From a virus (lineage: Duplodnaviria; Caudoviricetes): a stretch of DNA of 64,000 bases. The stretch covers positions 12,315-76,314 of the IMG/VR virus record IMGVR_UViG_3300035208_005226. One strand, 5' to 3'. How positions within the stretch are numbered: position 1 is the stretch's first letter; the number at the start of each line of letters is the position of its first letter. The notes under the pieces are model-generated. The model had not been told where the DNA came from and did no database searches. It saw only the letters and a list, made by a program, of their open reading frames with translations. Below, piece by piece: positions 47,951 through 59,099 of this stretch. Position numbers and translations under genes: made by a program.

Positions 47951-48453
47951 CCGAACTTGCTGAATATGCTCCATTGCAGTTTGCAGAAAGCACATTGAAT
48001 ATAACTATGGAATATAATGGAGATCATGGAAGAAAGGGATATGCTCCCGGATCAACTGGATTTACCCATAATATTTTTGCTAAAAAACACAATAACACCA
48101 GAGAACTCAACGTAGATTCTATTCCTGGTGGAGCAATACCAGTGTCTAATTATTATGGGAAAAAAGTCCAGGTAGTAACACTAGAGGGATATTTTCCTTA
48201 TAGATACCCAGATGATTTCTGGAATGTTTTTATGGCTGCATTGTCTCCATATCGGTATCTTTGCGTTCCTAAGAATATTTTTCTATGTGGTAGTGTAATT
48301 CAGGTTAGTAAAAATGTAACATTCCCAGATTTACCGGTTGGATCATACTGGTATATAAAACGCTACACATATAAACGGGGTGTTGATATGCCAGAAGTAG
48401 CGGGATTTAACTTGGTTTTATGGAGGTGGTATAACCTTGACATCTTTGAGTAA
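47947..48453 (+). CDS. Distal tail protein (putative)
   Basis: 168 aa immediately after TMP; IPGG...G..VQVVTLEG pattern. Confidence 0.5.
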   Translation: MTELAEYAPLQFAESTLNITMEYNGDHGRKGYAPGSTGFTHNIFAKKHNNTRELNVDSIPGGAIPVSNYYGKKVQVVTLEGYFPYRYPDDFWNVFMAALSPYRYLCVPKNIFLCGSVIQVSKNVTFPDLPVGSYWYIKRYTYKRGVDMPEVAGFNLVLWRWYNLDIFE

Positions 48454-50233
48454 TACATATGCATATTTCAATCTCATGAGATCAGAATATGGGAGCGATG
48501 GATCTCTTATATGGTCCACAATATATGAGCTCCCGCCGGCATCATTAAGCAGCATAGAGATTGTTACAGACTCGTATGAGGAAAAAACAGAATATGGAGC
48601 AGAACCAGATATAGTTCCAATGGGAATTAATTCGTGTTCTGCCACAATGTCTGGTCAGTTTATGCGAAAAGTAGCATCTGGTAATAAACTAAATGCCTCG
48701 TATCCATTCCCGGCAGGCAATCTATCTCCCGTAATAGTAAGTTCAGATGATTTGTTTCCATTGTTTGTGGATATAAGCGGGAATACTCATGTGTTTGCGA
48801 TCCAAAGAACTGCTACCGGAACTGGAGGGAGAGATCTTGGAAGCGGAATATGGAGAATAGATAAATTTGTTTTTGATAGAGATTCTAATAATGCCGGGAT
48901 ATTTAGGTTTAACATGGTGCTTGGGTATGTATGGACTAATCCGCTTGAGCAACAGATATTTTATGGAAATACTGGGGTCAATAAGAAACAGACATGCAAA
49001 TTCCAGGCTACAATAACTCCAAGTGATAATGACCAAGATGAATTAAATGCAGTTGAAATATTTAATACTAAGATTACTAAGTCGCTTTATGTAAAGAATA
49101 CAGCTAAGTTCGATTACACTGTTAACATATTTAAAAATTCTTTTGTCTTGATTGGAAAGATGGGAGCAACCAGTGATTCAGAATCTAAAGTCTTTCTCGG
49201 AATAGTTACGGATTGCGAAAACAATAGGGATGGCACGTTTACTGTGTCGTGTAAAGAAGTTTGTGACCTGTTATACCGTGGTGTGTGTAGTCAAGGGGGA
49301 CTGTTGGGTGCATTATTTCCAAAGGTTATAATTCCAAACCCTGATGCATATACCGCAACAGACTTGACTATAGATCAGATACTAAATAAGATTCTCCAAT
49401 ATTATAAGGCTAAAACCGGATATGAGAGATTTGTTCCCGGATATATAGGAAATGATAGAACGCACGGACTCGGTGGATCTATTTATCTACCTGGTCATGA
49501 TTCAGATACAGAATCTCCAATTAAAATCAGTACTCAGGTTATGTCATGTATGAGCGTAGGAACAGCAGTAACTAATTTTCTGTATCAGCAGTGCGGGTTT
49601 AATATATGGTATAACTATAATACAAATGGAACGATAGAATATGGATACATAAGAGATAGAATAACCATCGACATTACAAAGGAGGTTATTGAAAAGAGTG
49701 AATTAATCTCAACAAATAACGAAGAAACTGTTCCGGATGGCGTTATGGTATGGGATTCAGCAGGAGAATATAACGGAAGTTATGGGGATATAGACATAAA
49801 TAAACATGTATTGGTTTATGTTATGACCGATAGTAAATTTGATGGGGCGTTAAACGCAATTGCAGAAAGAATATTTAAATTGTATGATGGAATTGATTTG
49901 TCTAGTTATAGCGTGAGATTTCCGGCTGGAACTGTAAGGTTTAAAGAGGGAGACTATTTTGATGGGCTAGGCGACGAAACAGTATCCGATAGAATTATGG
50001 AATACAGGGAAGGAACCGATGTAGATCCATTGGAAGATCCAACTGATGCAGTATGGCAAATTAAGGAACTCACTATAACTGAACAAAGTACCACGGTAAC
50101 TGTTGGAAGCTCGTATGTATCGGTTCTCGACATATATAGAGGGGTACTTAATAAGAATAAAGATGGTATTCCGGCACCAGTTGAAAATAAGGTTCTTCAG
50201 TCAAAACCGATTGTGGTAGGAAGAGCAACATGA
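48437..50233 (+). CDS. Tail tip/baseplate hub protein (putative)
   Basis: 598 aa; VFLGIVTD...FTVSCKE, CGFNIW, IEYGY, FKEGD hub-like pattern. Confidence 0.55.
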   Translation: MTSLSNTYAYFNLMRSEYGSDGSLIWSTIYELPPASLSSIEIVTDSYEEKTEYGAEPDIVPMGINSCSATMSGQFMRKVASGNKLNASYPFPAGNLSPVIVSSDDLFPLFVDISGNTHVFAIQRTATGTGGRDLGSGIWRIDKFVFDRDSNNAGIFRFNMVLGYVWTNPLEQQIFYGNTGVNKKQTCKFQATITPSDNDQDELNAVEIFNTKITKSLYVKNTAKFDYTVNIFKNSFVLIGKMGATSDSESKVFLGIVTDCENNRDGTFTVSCKEVCDLLYRGVCSQGGLLGALFPKVIIPNPDAYTATDLTIDQILNKILQYYKAKTGYERFVPGYIGNDRTHGLGGSIYLPGHDSDTESPIKISTQVMSCMSVGTAVTNFLYQQCGFNIWYNYNTNGTIEYGYIRDRITIDITKEVIEKSELISTNNEETVPDGVMVWDSAGEYNGSYGDIDINKHVLVYVMTDSKFDGALNAIAERIFKLYDGIDLSSYSVRFPAGTVRFKEGDYFDGLGDETVSDRIMEYREGTDVDPLEDPTDAVWQIKELTITEQSTTVTVGSSYVSVLDIYRGVLNKNKDGIPAPVENKVLQSKPIVVGRAT

Positions 50234-51972
50234 GTAATAATGAAGTGGTGTCACTGGATAAGTTTTTTATTGATCCGCTGTGTAATGGAACAATTACCAT
50301 TTCTTCGAGTGTTGCAGAGGTTGTAGATACAGTTGATTATCCGGAGTCAAATAATACTGCTGCTGAGTGTAGTGCGTCATATGGAACCGCAATAACAATA
50401 ACTCCCGGGGGATTGTTTGAGTTTGACTTTGATAGCACAACCACATCATATGGGGATAATTTGGGCATTCTTAAATATATTCCAGCATTTTATTCATCCG
50501 GATCCATCGTGATTAATGCAATTGTCCAGGAATCTGATGATGAGGACGGAGCCGTTGATTTAACATTTGATGCTATGATGTATGTAGCGGATGCTGATAA
50601 ACCAACCTGGTATCCATATAGCTTAGAGTTGGTTACAGATCCGGATGATGTCACTCTTGAACGAATGCCATACCCGATGGACGGAATGATAACATCACCA
50701 AACGATAATACCAAACATGACAGCATTGGCGAAAATACAAATCTCACACACACGTTTACCATTGGTTCCTGGGTTGGTATGAGACCAATGGTAGAGTCGT
50801 TTAATACAGATGGGATTAAAAGAGGACATCTACCTCCATTGTCGTTTAAAGTTACGTGTAAGAATAACTTGGAGTCTTCTGTTACATTTTCAAGTCTTAA
50901 AGTCTCAATTTCATTTAATTATGCATCAGACGGAACCTTGATGAATCTGGGAAGTACTGCGGTTGCTGATTTCTGTAAGTTGTATTGTGATCCTAAATTT
51001 ATTAATAATGATGAGAAAACCGATCCATCGGACGGCGAAGATAGATATCTTTGGGCAATTGCAGATGGATATTCAAAAGGAGAAATTCTTCATGTATTTG
51101 GATACTATAGGCAGACTCAGAGTGACAGTACTACAAAGTTAAAATGCGTATATCTGAAGAAAGTAGCTGCAACAGAGGGAACAAACCACGCTGCATTTGT
51201 TTATAAATCTGACATAGCGGTTAATCCGGTGGATTTTTCTGATAACTATCGCATGGTGTTTAGGGGATTTTACTCCGATGAATATGCATATGTGGTAACT
51301 CCAAAAGTCATTTGTCAAAGTGATAAGTTTAAAGACATAAGCGTAACTTGTATGAAAGAAGTAATATCCGATGATGAGGAAGCAGACACGTCATACATTG
51401 AATGCTCTCCATCTGATGTCGATGCTATTTTCATGATTGTGGTTAAACTACGGGATGATGATATAGATGAGATTGCAATCGTCGGAACAAGACTTGGGGT
51501 AACATCTGACGACTTTAATTCCGCTATCAAAACGATAAAGTTTTATGATGTTGATACCGCTTTTGTGCCATATACGGAAAATGAAGATGGAACGAATACT
51601 GCGATTCAAGTGTTGAGATCCGACATAAATAAAATATTTTATGATACGCTGGCAAAGAGCTTTGAAGAGGATGTAATTTTAGTTTCTAGTTTTAATGATG
51701 TAATTCCATATGTTGAACTCAAGATAAACTCATATGCCGATTATATATTCCCGTTATATGACGGCAAGTCTATTACATTTAATGAGAGTTTATCCAGGTG
51801 TACTGATGGTGTAAGAAGTAGAGAGTTGTTTTATTTTACTAAGAAGACATCCGGTATATTTAATACGATTACTTTGCAGGATTCAGATAAGCGATATACT
51901 GCTACGCTACAAATAACATATGGCAAGTACAAAGGTATGATTGTTCATAAAGATAGAGATATAACAACTTAG
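50230..51972 (+). CDS. Acidic tail protein
   Basis: 580 aa in tail-tip region. Confidence 0.5.
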   Translation: MSNNEVVSLDKFFIDPLCNGTITISSSVAEVVDTVDYPESNNTAAECSASYGTAITITPGGLFEFDFDSTTTSYGDNLGILKYIPAFYSSGSIVINAIVQESDDEDGAVDLTFDAMMYVADADKPTWYPYSLELVTDPDDVTLERMPYPMDGMITSPNDNTKHDSIGENTNLTHTFTIGSWVGMRPMVESFNTDGIKRGHLPPLSFKVTCKNNLESSVTFSSLKVSISFNYASDGTLMNLGSTAVADFCKLYCDPKFINNDEKTDPSDGEDRYLWAIADGYSKGEILHVFGYYRQTQSDSTTKLKCVYLKKVAATEGTNHAAFVYKSDIAVNPVDFSDNYRMVFRGFYSDEYAYVVTPKVICQSDKFKDISVTCMKEVISDDEEADTSYIECSPSDVDAIFMIVVKLRDDDIDEIAIVGTRLGVTSDDFNSAIKTIKFYDVDTAFVPYTENEDGTNTAIQVLRSDINKIFYDTLAKSFEEDVILVSSFNDVIPYVELKINSYADYIFPLYDGKSITFNESLSRCTDGVRSRELFYFTKKTSGIFNTITLQDSDKRYTATLQITYGKYKGMIVHKDRDITT

Positions 51973-51981
51973 AGGGCTATT

Positions 51982-52542
51982 ATGATACATGATAAATTTA
52001 AGGTGATGGATCGGGTTGAGTTTAGAAAAATAAAGGTTGAAGAACTTCCAGAAAATTATACTCAAGAAGATCTTATTAATGCCATAGACTATTCGGATGA
52101 TGGGATAATTCAACAGACAATATGTCACCCTACTGTTTTCCAGAGAGTTCTTAATAAACTTGGATTGTTTCATTATCTTAAGGACGCTCCAATGGACTAT
52201 GAAATACAGAGAATTGCAACATCTGTATATACGACATACGGCTATATAAGCGTTGGAATAAGTAGTTCAAGCCCCACAGATTATACATTGAATAATTTGG
52301 TTTCATCTGTTCTTACAAGAGTTACAGCACTTAAGGGATATGAGACGCTGTATGTAACAAACGACACTGCAACATTCATTGGTGTGTTTACTCCAGATGG
52401 AACATATACTATTGTGGAGACTGGACTTCATACAGCTGCGACCAGCGGATATATGGGATACAGACAGACAAGTTGTTCAATTTCTACTACCGCAAGTATT
52501 CCATTTGCAATTTTCTGGAAGGTAACAATAGCAAGAGGTTAA
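51982..52542 (+). CDS. Minor tail/fibre-attachment protein
   Basis: TATFIGVF...IVETGLHTAATSG...IFWKVTI pattern common in tail modules. Confidence 0.55.
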   Translation: MIHDKFKVMDRVEFRKIKVEELPENYTQEDLINAIDYSDDGIIQQTICHPTVFQRVLNKLGLFHYLKDAPMDYEIQRIATSVYTTYGYISVGISSSSPTDYTLNNLVSSVLTRVTALKGYETLYVTNDTATFIGVFTPDGTYTIVETGLHTAATSGYMGYRQTSCSISTTASIPFAIFWKVTIARG

Positions 52543-52544
52543 GA

Positions 52545-52865
52545 ATGTCAGACGAAGTAAGCATGGCATATGGGTTGCAGCAAGTGTCTGCTGGTGGAGT
52601 TCTTGGAATAAGACCAATTACATCTGGAGAAGAATGGGTGATACATAATATATATATTCCAGAGGGGGTTGTGTCGGTTATTGAAGTATATGTAAGTACT
52701 GATCCCACATATGTAAGTCTCCCAATTAAAATAAAGACGTTGATTGAAAGCCAGACGGGTATGAACAATTTTCATGTTAATAATTCTCAATTTCTTGTAG
52801 CTAAAAATACCAGTGCGTCTGCTGTATATATTGCATTTGATGGAGTGGTGAGCAAACAATCATGA
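52545..52865 (+). CDS. Small virion protein
   Basis: 106 aa, start MSDEVS. Confidence 0.55.
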   Translation: MSDEVSMAYGLQQVSAGGVLGIRPITSGEEWVIHNIYIPEGVVSVIEVYVSTDPTYVSLPIKIKTLIESQTGMNNFHVNNSQFLVAKNTSASAVYIAFDGVVSKQS

Positions 52866-53818
52866 AACCAGATCAACAGATAATCATGCTTACTAATGCA
52901 GAATGGATTGCATTAGATCCGATTGTTCCAATTAATATTGTGGCGTGGAGTAGCGACACCGGAGTTTTTAAAATTGGAAATGGGACTGATATCTGGAGTG
53001 ATCTAGATTACAGTGCGGGAAAGTTGATTGGAAATAAATATGTGGAAAGTGATAGGGAACCAGTTGACCAGGAGGAATTAAGGTTTTGTTCAGCAGAGGA
53101 CAAATGGATCTTCAAATTAAAGGGATGTTTTTTATCCGAAACTGAAATTACAACAATTACGACTACTATTTATCCAAAGTTTTGTGTTATTGGAGAAGTT
53201 TCAGATTCAACCGGATATCCTACAGGAAGATATAAAATATGTGATGGAGTAAACACCTTTGTTAATATCCCATGGATAGATTATACTGAGCAATATTTTG
53301 ATACTGATGGTACTCTTACAGCAAATTCCGATGTATTGTTGGCTACTCAGAAAGCTACAAAGACATATGCAGATACCAAAATAAGTTTAAGTGATGTGGA
53401 TACAGATGGAACTTTGGCGGCTAATTCTGATTCTAAAGTACCGTCACAGAAAGCTGTAAAGACGTATTCGGATACAAAGATCCCGTCAACCTATTTGGAC
53501 ACCGATGGGACATTATCAGCAAATTCCGATACTAAAATTGCATCTCAAAAAGCGACCAAAACTTATGCCGATACTAGAATACCAAATTCTTATTTAGATA
53601 CCGACGGAACCCTGGCTGCAAATTCAGATACCAAGATAGCAACGCAGAAATCTGTAAAAACTTACTCAGATACTAAAGTTCCACTCACTTATTTAGACAC
53701 AGATGTTACTTTGGCTGTGAATTCTGATTCTAAAGTTGCAACACAAAAAGCTGTAAAAACTTATGCAGATGCAATTGCAGAACAATCAATTGCAATGGCA
53801 ATAGTTTTTGGAGGATAA
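52862..53818 (+). CDS. Tail fibre protein with Mtd_N-like N-terminus and 33-aa repeats
   Basis: AEW...DP.......SSDTGVFKIGNG...WSDLDY (Mtd_N-like, partial second copy); five DTDGTL.ANSD.K...QKA.KTY.DT repeats. Confidence 0.7.
   Translation: MKPDQQIIMLTNAEWIALDPIVPINIVAWSSDTGVFKIGNGTDIWSDLDYSAGKLIGNKYVESDREPVDQEELRFCSAEDKWIFKLKGCFLSETEITTITTTIYPKFCVIGEVSDSTGYPTGRYKICDGVNTFVNIPWIDYTEQYFDTDGTLTANSDVLLATQKATKTYADTKISLSDVDTDGTLAANSDSKVPSQKAVKTYSDTKIPSTYLDTDGTLSANSDTKIASQKATKTYADTRIPNSYLDTDGTLAANSDTKIATQKSVKTYSDTKVPLTYLDTDVTLAVNSDSKVATQKAVKTYADAIAEQSIAMAIVFGG
53300..53775 (+). repeat. Five ~99-bp degenerate tandem repeats
   Basis: Protein-level repeat period of 33 aa read from the translation. Confidence 0.85.
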
Positions 53819-54137
53819 AATGACAGATAAATTTACTTCGGCGTTTATAGAACTTACAACCACAAATGAAACAGATATCTATCAGTCTACAGAAAGTAAT
53901 CAGGTGATAGTAAACATCCGGATTACTAATGTAACAAATGGAGGAGTAACGGTAGAAATGTGGGTTACAGATGGATTAGATGTTCATTGCGGAAATCTTA
54001 TCCCGCCGAATACGGTGATAGAAGCATACGGGGGGTTAGAAGACTCCTTTAAAATAGCTCTGCCTTTAAATTATAAAATAAGGGCTACTGCTGATACCGC
54101 AGATGCAATATTTGTAACTACAACGGTGATGTTATGA
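53808..54137 (+). CDS. Small beta-rich virion protein
   Basis: 109 aa; IRITNVT...IPPNT...L...KIRATADTA pattern. Confidence 0.55.
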   Translation: MEDKMTDKFTSAFIELTTTNETDIYQSTESNQVIVNIRITNVTNGGVTVEMWVTDGLDVHCGNLIPPNTVIEAYGGLEDSFKIALPLNYKIRATADTADAIFVTTTVML

Positions 54138-55069
54138 AATTATTTAATCAAACTGTTGGCAACTCCAAGAATGTAATTGTCGATAATGCAACCTACATGA
54201 AGTTGGAATTTCGGGATTTTGGATATCAAGAAAACGTAGGAAAATATAAAGCCTGTATTGGAAATCCAAACTTTTCAGATGATTTAAGTGGGTGGGTTGC
54301 AACTGGAAGTGCCAATGTAACTGTGAATTCAACCACCAGGGAAGCGGATGAAAACAATTTTGGTAGTTATGCATTAGAAGCCAATATCACTGTATCCGAT
54401 TCAACAGATTCAACTTTAAAATTTACATATAATACGGCCCATAGACTATCATATCCTGTAACTGCTCAGACTGGAATCAAATTTGGATCATCGCCTCTTG
54501 GTACCTCGTATCTTACTATCGAGACAATATCTTACCATCTTGGTCAACGATGGGTTTATACGAGCGATATACTTACCGGGACGACATGGAAATATCCTAA
54601 TTTAAAGAGTCCGTTTCTCGATGAAACATATGTTGGTGTAGATGAAAACGAAACGGTTATTTTAACCATATTAAACCTACCAACTGGTACATATACAATT
54701 AGAATTGCCGGAGTAATGCTATATGGTGTGGGCAAAACTTATTTTGAAATCCTCGACGATGGATCAGATATATCCGGAATTAATCTAACCAGTGGTGAAG
54801 ATGTTCCTGTAAAACTCTATATCGATTCATCTATAGTTGCAAAGATATCAGATGTCACATATGATAATCTAAACGCAAATGGAGATGTGGGAACCGGGTC
54901 TGATCAGGTAGCGGTTGGAAACCATACGCATCCACTGGTGACTTGGGGTGGAGCATTATCTGCTGATCCGGCATCACCGGCTGATGGCACCATGTACTGG
55001 AATACAACTACTCCGGCAATGAGATTTTACGTGAATTCTTCTGTTGGATGGAAAACCATTACAACATAA
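54134..55069 (+). CDS. Tail fibre/adhesin with carbohydrate-binding-like module
   Basis: IGNPNFSDDLSGW CBM-like start; VAVGNHTH; P..PADGTMYWNTT. Confidence 0.5.
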   Translation: MKLFNQTVGNSKNVIVDNATYMKLEFRDFGYQENVGKYKACIGNPNFSDDLSGWVATGSANVTVNSTTREADENNFGSYALEANITVSDSTDSTLKFTYNTAHRLSYPVTAQTGIKFGSSPLGTSYLTIETISYHLGQRWVYTSDILTGTTWKYPNLKSPFLDETYVGVDENETVILTILNLPTGTYTIRIAGVMLYGVGKTYFEILDDGSDISGINLTSGEDVPVKLYIDSSIVAKISDVTYDNLNANGDVGTGSDQVAVGNHTHPLVTWGGALSADPASPADGTMYWNTTTPAMRFYVNSSVGWKTITT

Positions 55070-55078
55070 CTTATTTTT

Positions 55079-57496
55079 ATGACAACAGAATTTGATGACA
55101 TAATTATGAGAGGATCTCAACAAAGAGATTACGGAACACTAGTTGGAAATTGTCAAATATATTTAGATAGGTTTGCAATTGTTCTAGGAAGTGAAACTGA
55201 ATCACCATCAACTGCGTCATCTATAGTGGTTGGATCTGATTTAAGTTTCTACCAATGTGGGTTTGAGCATAGCGGTAATTTCAGTTTGCTATATTTTTTA
55301 ACTTTAACTGCATTACTTCCTGCTGCTGCATTTGAAGTTCGTATTTGTAAGAACGACAATAAACGTATTGTGATTGAGACTTATGGTGATGTTGCTGCGA
55401 CACAAGCAATGAGTTTGTGGTTTAATACAGCGAAATCGGCACATAAAGAGTCAAGTGTTCCTACTTGGGTTAAGTTGAATGGGGTGGCAAGTGGTAGCAC
55501 AATGACATACGCTACAACATCGTATGTATTTAAAGAAGATGTAAGTGAAAGTAGAGGTTCTGTTGTAATTGATTGCTGTAAAAAGTGTCCAACTTGTCAG
55601 TGTTTGAATTGTTATATTTGCGATAGGTTATATCTAAAGGCAGTTGGCAGTGAAACTAAAATATATGGCACATCTATTAAACATGGATATGGTAAGAATC
55701 TAGGTAATTCAGCATGTGTATTTAAAAAATCAGGTACAATTCCAGTTACAAGTTTTTGCCCATTTTCAATGACATTAGATATGTCAAATTACAAATTCAA
55801 TTTATATTTTTTAGACGATGATGGAACTACAGAACACCTAATAGAAACTTATGAATGGTTTCAATCTACTGCTGACTATGATTTAATTGTAGAATATAAG
55901 ATCGAATGTGACACTGTCGCTATATGGTCATATTTGGATGATGAAGTTGTAAGCATTGACAGCAATATTGCTGGAAAAACAGTGACTACACATGGATATC
56001 CTTTTGAAATTGAATCATTTGATAGCGTTACTAATAAATTAACAGTGAATAGAAATACAATACCGTTCAGAAGTATATCCAGTGAAAATACTAATGCATT
56101 TAGATATGGTGGCCCTCTTAAATTATCTACCTCAATAACCCTTGGTAAAATATGTCTGACACAACAACGCATATTGGGAAATGTTGATATCTCATGCCCA
56201 TTATGGCTCCCTACTGGAAATACTAGAGTAAAGATGAAATTCACATTAACTCACGACGCCCCAACAATAAATAGTTATGGAACAAACGGGGGCATGTACT
56301 ATGTAAGATGTGAGTGTACTGGCGGAACTGGATATAGTGTTTTTATATATGAATATTTCGGGGAAGATACAAAAAGCATCTCATTAGATGTTGATTTCTC
56401 GGAACTGGATTATGAATATTATACATATGATACGGGTTATATATTCTATTTTGGTATAATTATAGAATACGAAAACTGCGATGGTGCGATATTAAATAAA
56501 ACATTATCTGCCTCAATTGAAATATTAGATGTATATGATGGATGCACCGGTGAAAGTTTATTGAGTTCGCTACCACAGTTTAATACAATAGCATTACAAT
56601 ATCCAAACAGAGATGGCATTTCATTTACTGCAACTTTTTCATCATTAGGCGCTACAACTAACCCGGTGACAACGAGCACATTTGACTTTGATTATTTAAA
56701 TAATTGCGTGGGAACAAGATCTGTTAAAGTTTGTAAAAATTATATACATACCATATCTCCAGCACTCACAGTTAAATCATCTAATTGTCAAATTGGAAAA
56801 ACTATAAAACTATACATAGATGTTCGTTCAGCATACGGTATGACATTATATATTTATAAAGGAACTTATATAGCAGATGTGGAATCAGTAGATCAGGTTA
56901 ATAATTTAATAACCGTAACAAATATTATTCATATTGGAGATTCTAGTGAGGGGTTATCAGATAGATCGGCACACGTAACAGATTCATTTACATCGTCTGG
57001 ATGGTCATCATGGTGGGGGTGGATGTCTGGGCAGTCTCATAGTCCAGATCCAGTAAATATAGGATATATAGGTCCAATTGCAGGTAGAGATGCTATAGTA
57101 ACTGGAACCATAGTAGCAACAATCACAACAACAGCAGGATTTTTTAATAATGGACTTGAGTGTAGTTTTGACTGTGGAAATGGTCTATTAGCATCAAGAA
57201 CATTATCTTATCCTTTAACAAATGGATTGCTTCAACAAGTTGTCACATTAACACTTTTATCAACCCCGGTTACAAATATACCATACATATATGCCCCAAA
57301 AACTACGGTTTATTTTAAGTATTATGTATCTGATGAAACACCAAGAGGATCTGTATACAATATTAGTATAGAAGCATCAAATATGAAAATTGTAGATTGC
57401 AAAGGAAACAGTTATAATGAAAATGATATATTACCTGGATCAATATTAGACTCTGGGACAACACTATCGAGTATATTAATGACTACATATTTATAA
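55079..57496 (+). CDS. Large Cys/Tyr/Thr-rich tail or receptor-binding protein
   Basis: 805 aa; CCKKCPTCQCLNCYIC cluster; visibly more AT-rich codons. Confidence 0.6.
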   Translation: MTTEFDDIIMRGSQQRDYGTLVGNCQIYLDRFAIVLGSETESPSTASSIVVGSDLSFYQCGFEHSGNFSLLYFLTLTALLPAAAFEVRICKNDNKRIVIETYGDVAATQAMSLWFNTAKSAHKESSVPTWVKLNGVASGSTMTYATTSYVFKEDVSESRGSVVIDCCKKCPTCQCLNCYICDRLYLKAVGSETKIYGTSIKHGYGKNLGNSACVFKKSGTIPVTSFCPFSMTLDMSNYKFNLYFLDDDGTTEHLIETYEWFQSTADYDLIVEYKIECDTVAIWSYLDDEVVSIDSNIAGKTVTTHGYPFEIESFDSVTNKLTVNRNTIPFRSISSENTNAFRYGGPLKLSTSITLGKICLTQQRILGNVDISCPLWLPTGNTRVKMKFTLTHDAPTINSYGTNGGMYYVRCECTGGTGYSVFIYEYFGEDTKSISLDVDFSELDYEYYTYDTGYIFYFGIIIEYENCDGAILNKTLSASIEILDVYDGCTGESLLSSLPQFNTIALQYPNRDGISFTATFSSLGATTNPVTTSTFDFDYLNNCVGTRSVKVCKNYIHTISPALTVKSSNCQIGKTIKLYIDVRSAYGMTLYIYKGTYIADVESVDQVNNLITVTNIIHIGDSSEGLSDRSAHVTDSFTSSGWSSWWGWMSGQSHSPDPVNIGYIGPIAGRDAIVTGTIVATITTTAGFFNNGLECSFDCGNGLLASRTLSYPLTNGLLQQVVTLTLLSTPVTNIPYIYAPKTTVYFKYYVSDETPRGSVYNISIEASNMKIVDCKGNSYNENDILPGSILDSGTTLSSILMTTYL

Positions 57497-57568
57497 CATG
57501 TAAATAACACAATCATTAGCAATGACATTGGGTGGTTGGACTAAATCTATTAATATTCAGTTGTATAG

Positions 57569-58954
57569 GTGTTGATTATGGTGTATGATGATTGGTTATA
57601 CAATAAAAGTCACGTTATAACATCAGCAAGCACTTTAACTGATTATCAAGTTAAATTAACAGTTTACTATGGTAGTGGAACCGATAGCGGATCATCTGTT
57701 TATCTTAATTCTCATTGTAATGTAGATTTTAGTGATATTAGATTTACAAATAGTTCAGGCGCAGCACTTCCCTATTGGATTGAAAGTTATACAAGTGGTG
57801 TTAGTGCAGTTGTTTGGGTAAAGATTGATTCAATTACTACGTCTACTACGATTTATGTTTATTATGGAAATGGTAGTGCGGTAAGTGAGAGTAATGGAGA
57901 TAGTGTTTTTGAATTCTTTGATGATTTTGAAGGGTCAACATTATCTAAATGGACCGGCGATACTACATATGGAACCATTTCAAATGGTATCCTATCTTAC
58001 ATGTATAATACCACGTCAGAAACGTGGAAATATATATTTTCAAATGTTACATTATCCACATCTACTACCCCCTACGCCATTAGAACCCGATGCTCTATAG
58101 TTGCGTCAACACCATGGGCTTTATATCAAATGTGTGGATTTCAATTATCAGACACAATAGGAACTGGGCGAGCAATATTAACATCAATTGGATCATATCC
58201 ACTTACTGTTTTAACAGAATCTCAAGGATTTGGGGCTGCAAATATATATACGACAGGTTACAAGATATTTGAAATTCAATACAATCCAAGTGTAAATACT
58301 AAATTTTATGTAGATGGTTCATTAGTTGTAACTCATACATGCAATTCACCGGCAAATACCAAAGTTAGTATAGGATCATGTAATGGTGGAACACATACCA
58401 ACGATTGGATCGTAGTAAGGAAATATGCGGCAACAGAACCCACTCATTCAACTTGGGGAACTGAAACCTTTAACATTGATGTGTACATTGCATCGGAGAC
58501 TATTGCATTGACGGATATTCCATGTGGCGAAGTTGATACCGGATCTGCGTTTGAAATCATTACGATATCAGACACAGCAACGAGATTACTCCACACAAGA
58601 ATACTACACGAAATAATTACTGTGTCTGATTCCATAATCAATCCGATTATATACCTTGCACAGGAAGTAATTGAATTGATCGACACCACAATACGAGGAT
58701 ATGTCGTAACTGAACTAATCAAGGTGTTTAACGGCAATGACATGGATAGAGCAGCAGTTGATGAGTATGGCGGGAGCTGTGGTAAGCGACTGGATGAATA
58801 TGGGAATTTGATTGGTGGTAAGATAAAGGCAACCGGACAGATGATTGTAAGAGCACTGCACTACAGGACAAATACCAATTGCCAGGTTATAGAAGATGTG
58901 GCTATATGTAGTGAATTAATCAAGGTGTCAAGTAATGGAGACGAGCAGGAATAA
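57569..58954 (+). CDS. DUF2341-domain tail protein
   Basis: DYQVKLT...DFSDIRFT...LPYWIE...VWVKI...IYVYYGN...VFEFFDDFEG is the classic DUF2341 pattern. Confidence 0.85.
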   Translation: MLIMVYDDWLYNKSHVITSASTLTDYQVKLTVYYGSGTDSGSSVYLNSHCNVDFSDIRFTNSSGAALPYWIESYTSGVSAVVWVKIDSITTSTTIYVYYGNGSAVSESNGDSVFEFFDDFEGSTLSKWTGDTTYGTISNGILSYMYNTTSETWKYIFSNVTLSTSTTPYAIRTRCSIVASTPWALYQMCGFQLSDTIGTGRAILTSIGSYPLTVLTESQGFGAANIYTTGYKIFEIQYNPSVNTKFYVDGSLVVTHTCNSPANTKVSIGSCNGGTHTNDWIVVRKYAATEPTHSTWGTETFNIDVYIASETIALTDIPCGEVDTGSAFEIITISDTATRLLHTRILHEIITVSDSIINPIIYLAQEVIELIDTTIRGYVVTELIKVFNGNDMDRAAVDEYGGSCGKRLDEYGNLIGGKIKATGQMIVRALHYRTNTNCQVIEDVAICSELIKVSSNGDEQE

Positions 58955-59099
58955 GACCACATGTTATATAATTTAGGCTCACAAATTTAAAATCTGTAGT
59001 AATAAATTAATTTATCTTTTTGTTTCACTATGAGATTACAAACGTGAGATGTAATACCCCGATTACTATATTTCATGTAAACTGCCATATACTGATATT

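Noticed and set aside
36140-50233. Contractile (myovirus) tail
   Set aside because: No sheath gene before the tube and no baseplate wedge/J-like gene recognised
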